Positions 1-9,440 of a DNA stretch of 64,000 nt are shown in pieces. A model generated the notes under the pieces. The model was given only the letters and a program-made list of their open reading frames with translations. It did no database searches and was not told where the DNA came from. The position numbers and the translations under genes were made by a program. This DNA comes from a virus. Its lineage: Duplodnaviria; Caudoviricetes. Location of the stretch: positions 1-64,000 of IMG/VR virus record IMGVR_UViG_3300038673_000510; one strand, 5' to 3'. Every line of letters begins with the position of its first letter. Position 1 is the stretch's first letter.

Positions 1-165
1 GAGGACTTATTTTATTTATTGGAGAAATAATATGAGTATGCGGTCGATCTTCAGAAAACAGCAAAAGATACAAAAGAAGAAGTTAAAAACGAAATAAAAA
101 AAGTAATACGATAAAAATTTATCATATTTACCAGATATTGACGTATAATATATTAAGAGGTAAAT

Positions 166-921
166 ATGATAATTTATAAAATAACAAACTTAATAAATAA
201 AAAAATTTATATAGGTCAAACTATTGGTTTAATGAAAAAACGATGGTATAAACATTGTTCTGAAGCAAAAAATAATAAAAGTATGCCTATAGCACGTGCC
301 ATAGTAAAATATAAAAAAGAAAATTTTATTATTGAAGAAATTGATAGCGCATCAACAAAAGATGAACTTAATGTTAAGGAAATTTATTGGATAGATTACT
401 ATCAATCTTATAAAAAAGAATACGGTTATAATATTTCATTGGGCGGAAAAAATATAAATTTATCACCAGAAGCAGAAGCCAAACGAATCGCTAATATGAT
501 AAAACCAGTGTATCAATATGATTTGTGTGGTAATTTTATAAAAAAATGGGATAAAGTACGAGATGCTGTTTTAAATTATAATGATACCGGCCAAGTTATT
601 GCCAAATGCGCAAGACAACATGGGTATTCAAAAACAGCAAAAGGATTTCAATGGAATTATAATTATGTAGACAAAATGCCAAATGTACAAAATGTTGGTA
701 GAGTTGGAAAAAAGAACAATCAACCAAAAATACTAATGAAAGAAAAAACAAAAGTTATTAAAAAATTTGATTCAATTCAAGAAGCAGCCCAATATATTTT
801 TGAAAATAATAGTATAAGAACAACCAATGTGAAAAGTATTGTAGATGGAATATATAGATACTTATATCAAAAAAAGAAAATATCACATGCTTATGGTTTT
901 CAGTGGGAATATTTATTTTAA
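166..921 (+). CDS. GIY-YIG homing endonuclease with NUMOD1-like repeats
   Basis: IIYKITNLINKKIYIGQT N-terminus, E-x-YWI and GYN motifs, repeated PVYQYDL/KKFDSIQEAA/AYGFQW modules. Confidence 0.9.
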   Translation: MIIYKITNLINKKIYIGQTIGLMKKRWYKHCSEAKNNKSMPIARAIVKYKKENFIIEEIDSASTKDELNVKEIYWIDYYQSYKKEYGYNISLGGKNINLSPEAEAKRIANMIKPVYQYDLCGNFIKKWDKVRDAVLNYNDTGQVIAKCARQHGYSKTAKGFQWNYNYVDKMPNVQNVGRVGKKNNQPKILMKEKTKVIKKFDSIQEAAQYIFENNSIRTTNVKSIVDGIYRYLYQKKKISHAYGFQWEYLF

Positions 922-944
922 CTTATTTGCATTGCTGGTATAAT
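921..944 (+). promoter_or_regulatory. class-II phage promoter ACTTATTTGC-N8-TATAAT upstream of dnaE
   Basis: Same motif and spacing at 8831, 30711, 34152, 39102, 48732. Confidence 0.7.
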
Positions 945-967
945 AAAATAAAAAGGAAAATAATTTT

Positions 968-3176
968 ATGACAACTCAAATTAAAGATTTTAATGTAAGA
1001 AAAAGCTTTACTGTAGCAAAGATTCAGATAATTAAATCTGAATCATCTTATCCAGATATAGACTAATTGCGCCCATTCATTTTTATTTGAATGGGCGCAA
1101 GGAATATAAGACACAGATTTAGGCGCTCATCCAATTACCGGTAAAAGTAAAGACACTGTTATTGAGTATCTTATTGAAAAATATGGACAGGAATATGTTG
1201 CTAATGTCGGCACACGAATGATTTATAGTGCAAAAAGTGCTATAAGAGATTTGGCGGCAGTTTATGAAATACCACCATCAGAAAGTTTCAAAATTACTAA
1301 AGAGTATAATGATGAACTTGATGTGGCAGCAAATATTCGTCGTAATAAAAACATCGCCGAATATTTTGCAAAATATCCAATGTTAAAAGATAAGGTCGAC
1401 CAATTAATTGGTACAATTTCTTCTCTTGGTGTTCATGCTGGTGGTGTTATTCTTTCTGATAAAGCACGTAAACTTTCTTTATTTGATTATTGTGCTCTGC
1501 AAAGAACAAAAGACGAGGGACGTATTGCCAGTTTGTGGACAAAAGAAGAAGTTGCTCAATTGGGATTTATTAAATATGACTTACTTGGACTTAATTCTGC
1601 GTCGATGGTTCATTATGCGCGTCAACTTCTTGATCTCAACCCATATGAAGATGCTCCAGAGGATGAAGAAGTTTTCCGCGATATAGTACTTTGTCTTAAA
1701 CATAAAAATATATTCCAGTTTGAAAGTCAATTAGGACGGCAAGCATTTGAGGATTTTCTTCCAATGAGTATTGCAGAACTTGGAAATGCTACCGCCGTTA
1801 TACGTCTTGTGGGTGCAGAAGCTGGTCGTGAAGTTTATAATGACTATAAAAAAGCAGTAGATCAGATTCAGCAAGGTGACACAGAGTATTGGAAAGAAAG
1901 ACTGTATCAAGAATGTGTTAATGAAGATAACGCCAGAATTTCAATTGAAGTTATGAAAGATAGTTATGGTGTGCTTATTTTTCAGGAACAGCTTGCTAAC
2001 CTTGTTAAAGAATTTAGTAGAGGGCAGAAAACGTTTACAGATGGTAATCAGTGCAGAAAAGCTCTTGATAAACATAAAAAGAAATATGGAACAATAGATG
2101 ACTGTCAAGGTGATAAAACAGCAATTGAACTTTGGCATAAAACATTTATGGAGATTCTTGAAACATATTTTCTTCCATTTATTGGAGAAGATGGTTGGGA
2201 TAGCCCAGATGAAGCAACACAAGATTTTCTTAATTGTAAATTAACAGCAGATAAAAGATTGCCATTACCCGAACGTGGACCATTAAAATGGGTTCTTTCG
2301 TCTGCTGCATACTTGTTTAACAAGTTACATGCAATTGCATATTCAGTTAATACGTATAATATGATGTGGCTAAAACATTATTATCCAAAAGAATTTTGGG
2401 TATCTTCGTTAACATGCGTTCAAGATAACTTAGATTCCGTTAGAAATATGATTGCTGCAATTGCTGTTGAAAATCCCGAAATAAAAATTCTTGCACCTAA
2501 TGTAAATAAATCAGAGGCAAATTTTACTATTGAAGATGATAATATAAGATATGGTATGTCAGCTATTAATGGTATGTCAATGGCTGCAGAAATTATTTTG
2601 GAAGAAAGAAAAAATAATGGACGATATCTGTCAATAGAAGATTTTATCAAAAGAACAGCCAAAACAAAAGTAAACAAAAGAGCCTTAACTGCATTATTGT
2701 TTATAAATGCTTTTAGTGATTTCGGAGATATACAAAAAGCATGGAAAGGTCTTCAGAAAGCTGGAAGAGAACTTGATTTTCCTGAAATGGATCAGGCTGC
2801 ATTAGCAAGTAAAGAAGCAAGCTTTATTGGTGGTAATTTAACATTCACACATCCAATTCTTTCTAAAGCTGGATATTATACTCCGTTTTCAGAGATGGCA
2901 GATGGTGTTTCTGATACTTGTGCATTTAGAGTTCTTAAAATAATTAAGAAAACAACAAAGAAAAACAAACCATATCAATTGCTTAGAGTTACTTGTTTAA
3001 ATTGTGGTCAAACAGTTAATTTGTTTGATTGGCAAAATAGAACGGACATAGAAAATCAGGAATACCTTATTGCAAGGGTAACTAAGAATGGAAATTTTAC
3101 TACTCTTAATGGGCCATCAACGGCTGCAGGAAAAAATTTTAGCACCAGTAGCGCTAAAAAAATATTAAGGATGTAA
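968..3176 (+). CDS. dnaE: DNA polymerase III alpha-type catalytic subunit (no PHP domain), interrupted by a 49-nt gap (1064-1112); predicted 719 aa when joined
   Basis: 968-1063 encodes MTTQ...SYPDID then TAA; 1113 onward continues TDLGAHP...IEKYG, GVHAGGV, KYDLLGL, IFQFES, YLFNKLHAIAYS, WLKHYYP, PNVNKS. Confidence 0.9.
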
Positions 3177-3177
3177 T

Positions 3178-3441
3178 ATGAAAAAAGAAAAACGTATTAA
3201 ACTAAAAAATAAAAGTAAATATGATTTTGTTGATATTTCAACAGAAGAATATAGAGAATATACTTTTGTAAAATATTTTATTTTTAAAGTAAAAGTAAGA
3301 CTCAAAAATCCATTAGATTTAGCGGTTAGTAGTAGTGGTCACAGAGTTTTAACTGGAGATGGAATTAGTCATTATATTCCTAATGGATGGATTCATCTTG
3401 AGTGGAAATCAAAACCACATGCACCACATTTTGTAAAATAG
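3178..3441 (+). CDS. hypothetical protein
   Basis: ORF directly after dnaE stop. Confidence 0.7.
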   Translation: MKKEKRIKLKNKSKYDFVDISTEEYREYTFVKYFIFKVKVRLKNPLDLAVSSSGHRVLTGDGISHYIPNGWIHLEWKSKPHAPHFVK

Positions 3442-3449
3442 GAGAGTAT

Positions 3450-3818
3450 ATGTTTGGATTTGGAACAAAAGCGAGAATAAGGTCATTAGAACAAAAAGTC
3501 CTTTCACTGCAAACGGCCAAAAAAGAAGCGGTTATAACAACGTTGACAGAAGAACAACAAACAGAACTTTTGAATTATTGTTCAAAAGAGATACAAGACG
3601 CGGTATATAAGGTTCTATTTGAAAAAACAATTCCAGATACTCATGATGGAACAATGCAAATAGTTGAAAGAACTATTGCTGGAATGTTTGACAAAGTTTT
3701 TAAAGAGATAGAAAATAAAATTCATAAAAAAATTATTGCTGATTTTGATGAATTCTATCATTCAGAAGAATTTATTGATAATATAGTAGAAAGAATTTTA
3801 AAAAAACAATTACGATAA
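3450..3818 (+). CDS. hypothetical protein
   Basis: GGAGAG RBS before ATG (MFGFGTK). Confidence 0.65.
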   Translation: MFGFGTKARIRSLEQKVLSLQTAKKEAVITTLTEEQQTELLNYCSKEIQDAVYKVLFEKTIPDTHDGTMQIVERTIAGMFDKVFKEIENKIHKKIIADFDEFYHSEEFIDNIVERILKKQLR

Positions 3819-3828
3819 GAGGTAACGA

Positions 3829-4593
3829 ATGAAAAAACTATTTGCAGCATTGATGTTGCTATTCTGTTCCATTGGAGTATATGCAGCAGAATATGAAAAT
3901 CCAATGAGCATGTATAAGGATAATTATTTTCTTTTTGGAGATAAAGAAGATGAAACGAAGTTTCAAATCTCCGCAAAATATAATATTTTTTATCCTTCTA
4001 AGACTGGTTTGTTTGTGGCATATACTCAAACAAGTTGGTGGGAAATTTATAATAGTAGAGATTTTTTCTCTTCCAATTATCAGCCCGAAGTATTTTATCG
4101 ATTTACATCAGGTGATAATATTTTTAGTAATAAAATAATTCCTTATGTAGATTATATTCAAGTTAGTCCAGAATATCATTGTTCTAATGGCGTTCCAAAA
4201 GATCAAGGTAGAGTGGGTATTAATACGTATTATGCACAAGCCCAATTTTCTATTGGTGAAGTTTACAATTTTGGAACCAATCTAAAAGTTTTTGGTTATT
4301 ATAGTAAAACCAGAAGAAACGAAGATATTAATGATTATAGAAAAAATTATGAAGCAGAAGTATTTTTTAAATTAAAATCAAAAACATATTGGCTACTTGA
4401 TAAATATGAACTACATGCAAGATGCACAGGAAATCCAGCTGGGAAAGGATGGTATCAACTTGAAGCCGTAGCAACATTATTTACAACCTATTTTCAGCCA
4501 AAACTTATGGTACAATTTAACGACGGATATTCACCAAATCTTGCATATTGGAATCAGAAAGATCGTGAACTTCGTGTTGGTATAACATTCTAA
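3829..4593 (+). CDS. pldA: outer-membrane phospholipase A1 (OMPLA/PldA family)
   Basis: Signal peptide; KFQISAKY, YTQTSWW, NYQPEVF, catalytic HxSNG (HCSNG), C-terminal Phe. Confidence 0.85.
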   Translation: MKKLFAALMLLFCSIGVYAAEYENPMSMYKDNYFLFGDKEDETKFQISAKYNIFYPSKTGLFVAYTQTSWWEIYNSRDFFSSNYQPEVFYRFTSGDNIFSNKIIPYVDYIQVSPEYHCSNGVPKDQGRVGINTYYAQAQFSIGEVYNFGTNLKVFGYYSKTRRNEDINDYRKNYEAEVFFKLKSKTYWLLDKYELHARCTGNPAGKGWYQLEAVATLFTTYFQPKLMVQFNDGYSPNLAYWNQKDRELRVGITF

Positions 4594-4605
4594 AGGAGAA
4601 AAACA

Positions 4606-4992
4606 ATGGGTGGCGTATTTAATGCAGATGAAGAAATGGTAGTTAACGCAAAATCAAAAGATCCAGGTCTTAATGAAGAAACAAAAATTGCGAGCATTGG
4701 TGTAACAACTGAAACAATGGCTGCAATTGCACAAGCAAGTATTATTGAGTCTGAAAAAGAACTAAGTCCAGACAATCCTAAGAATACTGTGAATTTTAAT
4801 TCGCTAAGACTTCCTGGAAATAGACGAGCAAGACGCAAATTGATGAAATCTACGAAAATTCCTAAGGCTTTTATTGCAAAAGGAACATTAGCTCAGGCCA
4901 ATGCATTCACATTAGCTTGTCAACAAAATAAAATGTATGTTCCTTTTGAAAAGAAAGGTACCAAAAAAGTTCAAGAAACAGAAAAAATTTAA
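4606..4992 (+). CDS. hypothetical protein
   Basis: AGGAG RBS, ORF. Confidence 0.7.
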   Translation: MGGVFNADEEMVVNAKSKDPGLNEETKIASIGVTTETMAAIAQASIIESEKELSPDNPKNTVNFNSLRLPGNRRARRKLMKSTKIPKAFIAKGTLAQANAFTLACQQNKMYVPFEKKGTKKVQETEKI

Positions 4993-5053
4993 TAGTTTTT
5001 TTTATTTATGTGTAAATATAACATAAAGAAACAACACTATAGTGAGGTAAATT

Positions 5054-5221
5054 ATGGCCGTAAATAAAGACATGGGAAAAACTGGTGCTGGTAACAATGT
5101 TGCTTCAGGTGGCGGAAGTTCAAAACCTGGAACTCCAAGTGGAAGCGGTTCTACAAATAAAAAGCAACCTGCGTCAAATAACATTGGAAACAAAGGTGGA
5201 AGTCTAAAGACTAATAACTAA
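5054..5221 (+). CDS. small Gly/Ser/Lys/Asn-rich protein, 55 aa (below ORF-track cutoff)
   Basis: GAGG RBS, MAVNKDMGKTGAGNN...LKTNN, followed by terminator. Confidence 0.7.
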   Translation: MAVNKDMGKTGAGNNVASGGGSSKPGTPSGSGSTNKKQPASNNIGNKGGSLKTNN

Positions 5222-5241
5222 AATTTCCAAGTGAAAACTTG

Positions 5242-5273
5242 AGGACGCAATATTAAGTTATTGCGTCCTTTTT
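5242..5273 (+). terminator. intrinsic terminator
   Basis: AGGACGCAAT...ATTGCGTCCT stem plus T run. Confidence 0.8.
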
Positions 5274-5371
5274 AATTTTAAGGAGACATATATGATATTT
5301 GCTAATGGATTGAAAATAAACAATAAAGAAAAGTGTTATCTTCTTAAAATGATTAAGGATATTATATTATT

Positions 5372-5950
5372 ATGACAATAACAACACTATTAGATTATTT
5401 AACCGAATCAGCTTTTGCTCATCCATTAGTTCGACAGGCACAAGATTTTGCCGAGAAAAAGCACGAAGGCCAAATGCGTAAAGATGGAACACCATATATA
5501 ACACATCCAAAACGAGTAGCAAAACATGTATACAAAAATAAAGACTCGCATCAACTTCCAAGCTTAATGGCTGCGGCATATTTGCATGATACAAAAGAAG
5601 ATTGTAATGTAGAAATTTCAGAAATCCGCGAACGATTTGGTGACTTGGTAGCATCATTAGTTGAAGAATTAACAACAGATGAAGAAGAAAAAGTAAAATT
5701 AGGTAAAACTTCTTATTTAACAAAAAAAATGCTTAAGATGTCTGATTGGGGATTAGTAATAAAATTGTGTGATAGATTAGATAATGTTTCAGATTTACAT
5801 ACCTCTGCTCCCGAATTTAGAGAGAAATATGTAAAAGAAACAAATGATATAATACGTGCATTAAGAAAGGATAGACGCCTTACCAGAACACAAATTAAAC
5901 TCATCAATAAAATTCAGAAAAAAATTTATAAACTTGAAGATAAACAATGA
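5372..5950 (+). CDS. RelA/SpoT-like HD domain small alarmone hydrolase (MESH1-like)
   Basis: RKDGTPYITHP, AAYLHDTKED, VEELT, VIKLCDRLDN motifs. Confidence 0.9.
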   Translation: MTITTLLDYLTESAFAHPLVRQAQDFAEKKHEGQMRKDGTPYITHPKRVAKHVYKNKDSHQLPSLMAAAYLHDTKEDCNVEISEIRERFGDLVASLVEELTTDEEEKVKLGKTSYLTKKMLKMSDWGLVIKLCDRLDNVSDLHTSAPEFREKYVKETNDIIRALRKDRRLTRTQIKLINKIQKKIYKLEDKQ

Positions 5951-6471
5951 ATCTTAAACAATATTTAGAAAACACAAATTCAAAAAAACTTATTATCATG
6001 CGTGGACTTCCAGGATCAGGTAAAAGTTATACAGCTAAACAACTTGGAGGGTATGTTTTTTCTACTGACGATGAATTCATGATTAATGGAAACTATGAAT
6101 TCGACGGAGCAAAATTAATTCGAGCTCATAAGAATACACAAGAAAAAGTACTGCAAGCTTTTAAAAAAGGTCTTTCTCCTATTATATTAGATAATACTAA
6201 TGTTACTTATGATGATATGAAATATTATGTATTACTGGCTGAGCAGTATGATTATAATATTGAGTTTAAAGAAAGTACTGCAGATTGGTGGACATTAACT
6301 AAAGATTCTACACCAGAAGAAAAAGAAAAATTAGCAGATATTTTGGCAAAAAAGAATGAACATGGCGTGCCAAAAGATAATATAATAAAGATGATAAATA
6401 GATGGAAACATTACGATTCATCACGACATCAAGAATTTATTGATAAGATCAAAAGCAGCAAAGGATTTTAA
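5947..6471 (+). CDS. AAA_33/N4BP2-like P-loop polynucleotide kinase
   Basis: IIMRGLPGSGKS, STDD, IILDNTN, NEHGVP. Confidence 0.85.
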   Translation: MNLKQYLENTNSKKLIIMRGLPGSGKSYTAKQLGGYVFSTDDEFMINGNYEFDGAKLIRAHKNTQEKVLQAFKKGLSPIILDNTNVTYDDMKYYVLLAEQYDYNIEFKESTADWWTLTKDSTPEEKEKLADILAKKNEHGVPKDNIIKMINRWKHYDSSRHQEFIDKIKSSKGF

Positions 6472-6472
6472 T

Positions 6473-6742
6473 ATGAAAAAAACTCTTAATGATTATATGG
6501 AAATGGCTCATAAAAGACAACAAAAAAATATTAACAAAGCAGCAGAAGATCTTTATCATGATAGTCTAACAACATGTAGTTCTGCATGGGAACGAGCACA
6601 ATCAATGCTAAAACAAAAACAATATAACACAATTGATGCTGCAGAAGTTGTATTGGACGCAATACAATCTCAACAAGATTTTGAAATAGATGAATCTGTA
6701 CATAATGAACTTATGGAAATGATAATAGCGGGGTTAATATGA
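6473..6742 (+). CDS. hypothetical protein, possible internal head protein
   Basis: Starts MKKTLNDYMEMA, shared with next gene. Confidence 0.65.
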   Translation: MKKTLNDYMEMAHKRQQKNINKAAEDLYHDSLTTCSSAWERAQSMLKQKQYNTIDAAEVVLDAIQSQQDFEIDESVHNELMEMIIAGLI

Positions 6743-7026
6743 ATAAAAAAACTTTAAATGATTACATGGAAATGGCACGCCAAAGTGATAGATCACAAAC
6801 TGCAATTAGTAGTTATTGGGCTGCTAATAGCCATCAAGTAATAGATTGTGTAAAAGATTTAGGTCCTGAACTTTGTCTTGATATTATTGGTTATGCTCCA
6901 GAAAGTGACGAGGCTGATGCTTTTATGGATAGCACAGCAAAACATCAAGCTCTTGAAATGCTAAATGTAATGGGTGTTGCTGAAGTTGATGCAATGGTAC
7001 AAGATTGGTTAAGTGATCTTGAATAA
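6739..7026 (+). CDS. hypothetical protein, possible internal head protein
   Basis: Starts MNKKTLNDYMEMA; ATGA overlap. Confidence 0.65.
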   Translation: MNKKTLNDYMEMARQSDRSQTAISSYWAANSHQVIDCVKDLGPELCLDIIGYAPESDEADAFMDSTAKHQALEMLNVMGVAEVDAMVQDWLSDLE

Positions 7027-7047
7027 TTATTATTCAAATAATACGCA

Positions 7048-7074
7048 GAAAAATCCAGGAAACTGGATTTTTTT
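7048..7074 (+). terminator. intrinsic terminator
   Basis: AAAAATCCAG-GAAA-CTGGATTTTTTT. Confidence 0.8.
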
Positions 7075-7087
7075 GTCTTCATAATCT

Positions 7088-7140
7088 TATAAGGGTTGAC
7101 AAAAATAAAGATATATGTTATAATAATAGTATAAGCAACG
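7088..7140 (+). promoter_or_regulatory. strong sigma70 early promoter (repeat family)
   Basis: TATAAGGG-TTGACA-N17-TATAAT-AATAGTATAAGCAAC; related copies with TTGACA at 7322, 10589, 19013, 26444, 36092, 36369, 43623, 49188, 54952. Confidence 0.9.
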
Positions 7141-7313
7141 AACAAAGGAAAATAAAAATGACTGTTAAAGAAGCGATCGAAAAACTACAAAAAATGCCAC
7201 AAGATTCACAATTGGTTATTGAATCAAATGACCTTGTTGTTGGAAGTTTTAATACACGTGCTTCTGAAAATCATAAGTTTGTTTATGTATCGGTTATTAT
7301 AAGATAAAAATCT

Positions 7314-7366
7314 TATAAGGGTTGACAAAAAAGATTTTAAATATTATAATAATAGTATAAGCAACG
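7314..7366 (+). promoter_or_regulatory. strong sigma70 early promoter driving tRNA-Glu
   Basis: TTGACA 7322, TATAAT 7345, 17-nt spacer. Confidence 0.9.
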
Positions 7367-7380
7367 ATAAGATAAAATAT

Positions 7381-7455
7381 GCCGTGATAGACGAAATGGT
7401 TAAAGTCATTGCCCCTTCAAGGCAAGGTTTGTGGGTTCGAATCCCATTCGCGGTG
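7381..7455 (+). tRNA. tRNA-Glu(TTC), C33
   Basis: Cloverleaf; anticodon arm TTGCC-CCTTCAA-GGCAA; TTCGAAT T-loop. Confidence 0.9.
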
Positions 7456-7486
7456 CATGTTTCAAAACATTGACAAAGGAAAAAAT

Positions 7487-7750
7487 ATGAAAGAAGATTT
7501 TAAATTCCTTAAAAGATTTAAAAACATTAAAAATTGGACAGAAAAAGAAGCAGCTGAGTATGAAAAAGCTCTTGAGGCACATGATCTGATTTATCATATT
7601 GACGACGATGCAAAAAATATCATTTGGTCAAATGATAAGATTATTCCAAATTTTGTTCTGAATGATATGAATATGATCTCAAAAAAACTTCGTGGTGAAG
7701 CAAGAGAAAGATTTTTCGATGAAGCATCGCAATATCTGATGCGTAGGTAA
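7487..7750 (+). CDS. hypothetical protein
   Basis: AAGGA RBS before MKEDFKFL; the track's earlier start lies in the tRNA. Confidence 0.65.
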   Translation: MKEDFKFLKRFKNIKNWTEKEAAEYEKALEAHDLIYHIDDDAKNIIWSNDKIIPNFVLNDMNMISKKLRGEARERFFDEASQYLMRR

Positions 7751-7753
7751 ACA

Positions 7754-8314
7754 ATGAAACTGATTATAGGACAAACATATTATCTGAAGAGTTATAATCA
7801 GATATGGAAGCCGGAAATTGTTCGCGATTCTAAAACAGTAAATCTAAAGACTCAATATGCACTTACTCTTAAAGTGAATCTTTATAAAGAGTCGGAACAA
7901 ATAAACAATAATTTTAAAAGTCGTAGTGAGGAATTAAAACCGTATCTTAAAGCACTTAAACAGCTTGCAAAAGAAACAGAAAATCGTAAGTCTTTTGGTG
8001 AACATAGAAAATCGAAAAAAGAAAAGATTCTTATTGAACAAATATCAGAAATGAAAAAACAACTTTTTTCTAAAGAAAAAGTTAAGTCTTATAAACAATT
8101 TTTGGATGTTCTTATAAGAAATTACGAGCCAGAGAATATGCGATTTTCAAAATATCCAAAAGAAGGTGAAACTTCGGCTGTAATTTATGCAGGAAAATAT
8201 ATTACAGTGAATGGTAAAGTTATACATAAATGGTATAAAATCGAAGATTGCGTGATTAATAGTGATAAGTTTGATTCTGAATATTTTGAAGAGGTGTATA
8301 ACGAGTGCGATTAA
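7754..8314 (+). CDS. hypothetical protein
   Basis: ORF with RBS. Confidence 0.65.
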   Translation: MKLIIGQTYYLKSYNQIWKPEIVRDSKTVNLKTQYALTLKVNLYKESEQINNNFKSRSEELKPYLKALKQLAKETENRKSFGEHRKSKKEKILIEQISEMKKQLFSKEKVKSYKQFLDVLIRNYEPENMRFSKYPKEGETSAVIYAGKYITVNGKVIHKWYKIEDCVINSDKFDSEYFEEVYNECD

Positions 8315-8404
8315 TCGGATGGATTTTGATTGTGTATGGTGCATGCACCGGACAACTGCCTTTCTTTTGGACTGGTGTTATTATTTTGATATTGGTATAA
8401 TAAA

Positions 8405-8635
8405 ATGGCAATTAAAAAGAAAAATTCAGAAAGACGACGTGTAATTGATCTTGATGGTCCAGATGGTAATGCATATGCTCTTATGGGATATGCAATGAAT
8501 TTCGCAAGACAGTTGAAATACTCTTCACAAGAAACTAAAGCAATGATTGAAGATATGAAGTCAAGTGATTATGAACATCTTCTTGAAGTTTTTGATTGGC
8601 ATTTCGGAAGTTTTTGCGATCTTGAAAGAAGTTAG
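8405..8635 (+). CDS. conserved phage hypothetical protein
   Basis: IDLDGPDGNAYALMG...SSDYEHLL motif common in phages. Confidence 0.7.
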   Translation: MAIKKKNSERRRVIDLDGPDGNAYALMGYAMNFARQLKYSSQETKAMIEDMKSSDYEHLLEVFDWHFGSFCDLERS

Positions 8636-8869
8636 GTCTTATACACAAACACAAAGACAAGAACTAAATCTGCATGAGCTGAGTATCTCATTAAACTACT
8701 CAATTAGAAAAAATTAAAAAAATAAAAAAAATATGAAAACTTTTATATCTATTGCTGTAATATTAAGTATAATGTGTATAATAAATATATTAGTTGTTGC
8801 TACAATTTTTGTGTGCTCATAATACAAAAGATTTGCGTTTGAAGTATAATAAAAGACAAAGGTAGCAAA

Positions 8870-9141
8870 ATGGCAACATTACTGAAGATTGATGGAACAC
8901 AGATTGAGTTAAAACCAAAACGTGGAAAAAGCTAAGACTTGAGGATTTTCAAGAAGCGGTTGGTGGGTTTATTGAAATTGTTTATCTTTCAAATACAAAG
9001 ATGCTAATTGTTAATGAAGAAGGAAAAATAAAAAAACTTCCTATTAATGAAAAAGCTACTGAGATATTTATAGATGCTCATGGATTAGTTGATATAATAG
9101 TTGGTGATGTTGTTTTAGCAGATACAAAAGAAATAAGATAG
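8870..9141 (+). CDS. DUF3846-like protein, frameshifted at an A-run near 8930
   Basis: LEDFQEAVGGFIEIV, IVNEEGK, LPINEKAT, IVGDVVL; one extra A restores the frame. Confidence 0.7.
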
Positions 9142-9166
9142 TCCGTAAAGACATTAAACTACATTA

Positions 9167-9238
9167 CTGGGTGTAGCTCAGAGGCAGAGCGCGTGGTTTG
9201 GGACCATGAGGCCGAGATTTCAAAATTCTCCACTCAGA
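9167..9238 (+). tRNA. tRNA-Pro(TGG)
   Basis: CTGGGTG/CACTCAG acceptor; CGTGG-TTTGGGA-CCATG. Confidence 0.85.
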
Positions 9239-9313
9239 ATTGAACAATAAAAGTTCAAATATTAAATAATTTAGACTCAATAGAAAATGCGTGCGCAAAA
9301 TGGTGGCTCAGGA

Positions 9314-9385
9314 TGTATAGTATGCCAATTGGATGAGCAGCGGCTTGAAGGCCGTGGAATGAAGGTTCGAGTCCTCCCTATACAA
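9314..9385 (+). tRNA. tRNA-Phe(GAA)-like, 6-nt anticodon loop as sequenced
   Basis: TGTATAG/CTATACA acceptor; GCGGC-TTGAAG-GCCGT; TTCGAGT. Confidence 0.6.
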
Positions 9386-9440
9386 ATAATTTGAACCTTT
9401 AACGTATAATAAAATATATTATGTTAAAGCGAGAGTTCAA

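Noticed and set aside
1067-1100. Hairpin as a simple intrinsic terminator
   Set aside because: No U-tract after the stem, and it sits inside the essential catalytic motif
1-1112. Group I intron in dnaE housing the GIY-YIG gene
   Set aside because: No P/Q/R/S core seen; dnaE has its own promoter, RBS and start after the endonuclease; the 49-nt gap is far too small
7409-7425. tRNA at 7381 as an opal (TCA) suppressor
   Set aside because: The 5-bp stem register centres TTC in the 7-nt loop
9340-9356. 6-nt anticodon loop of tRNA-Phe as a frameshift-suppressor feature
   Set aside because: One missed base in AA or GG restores a normal 7-nt loop, consistent with the indel errors elsewhere
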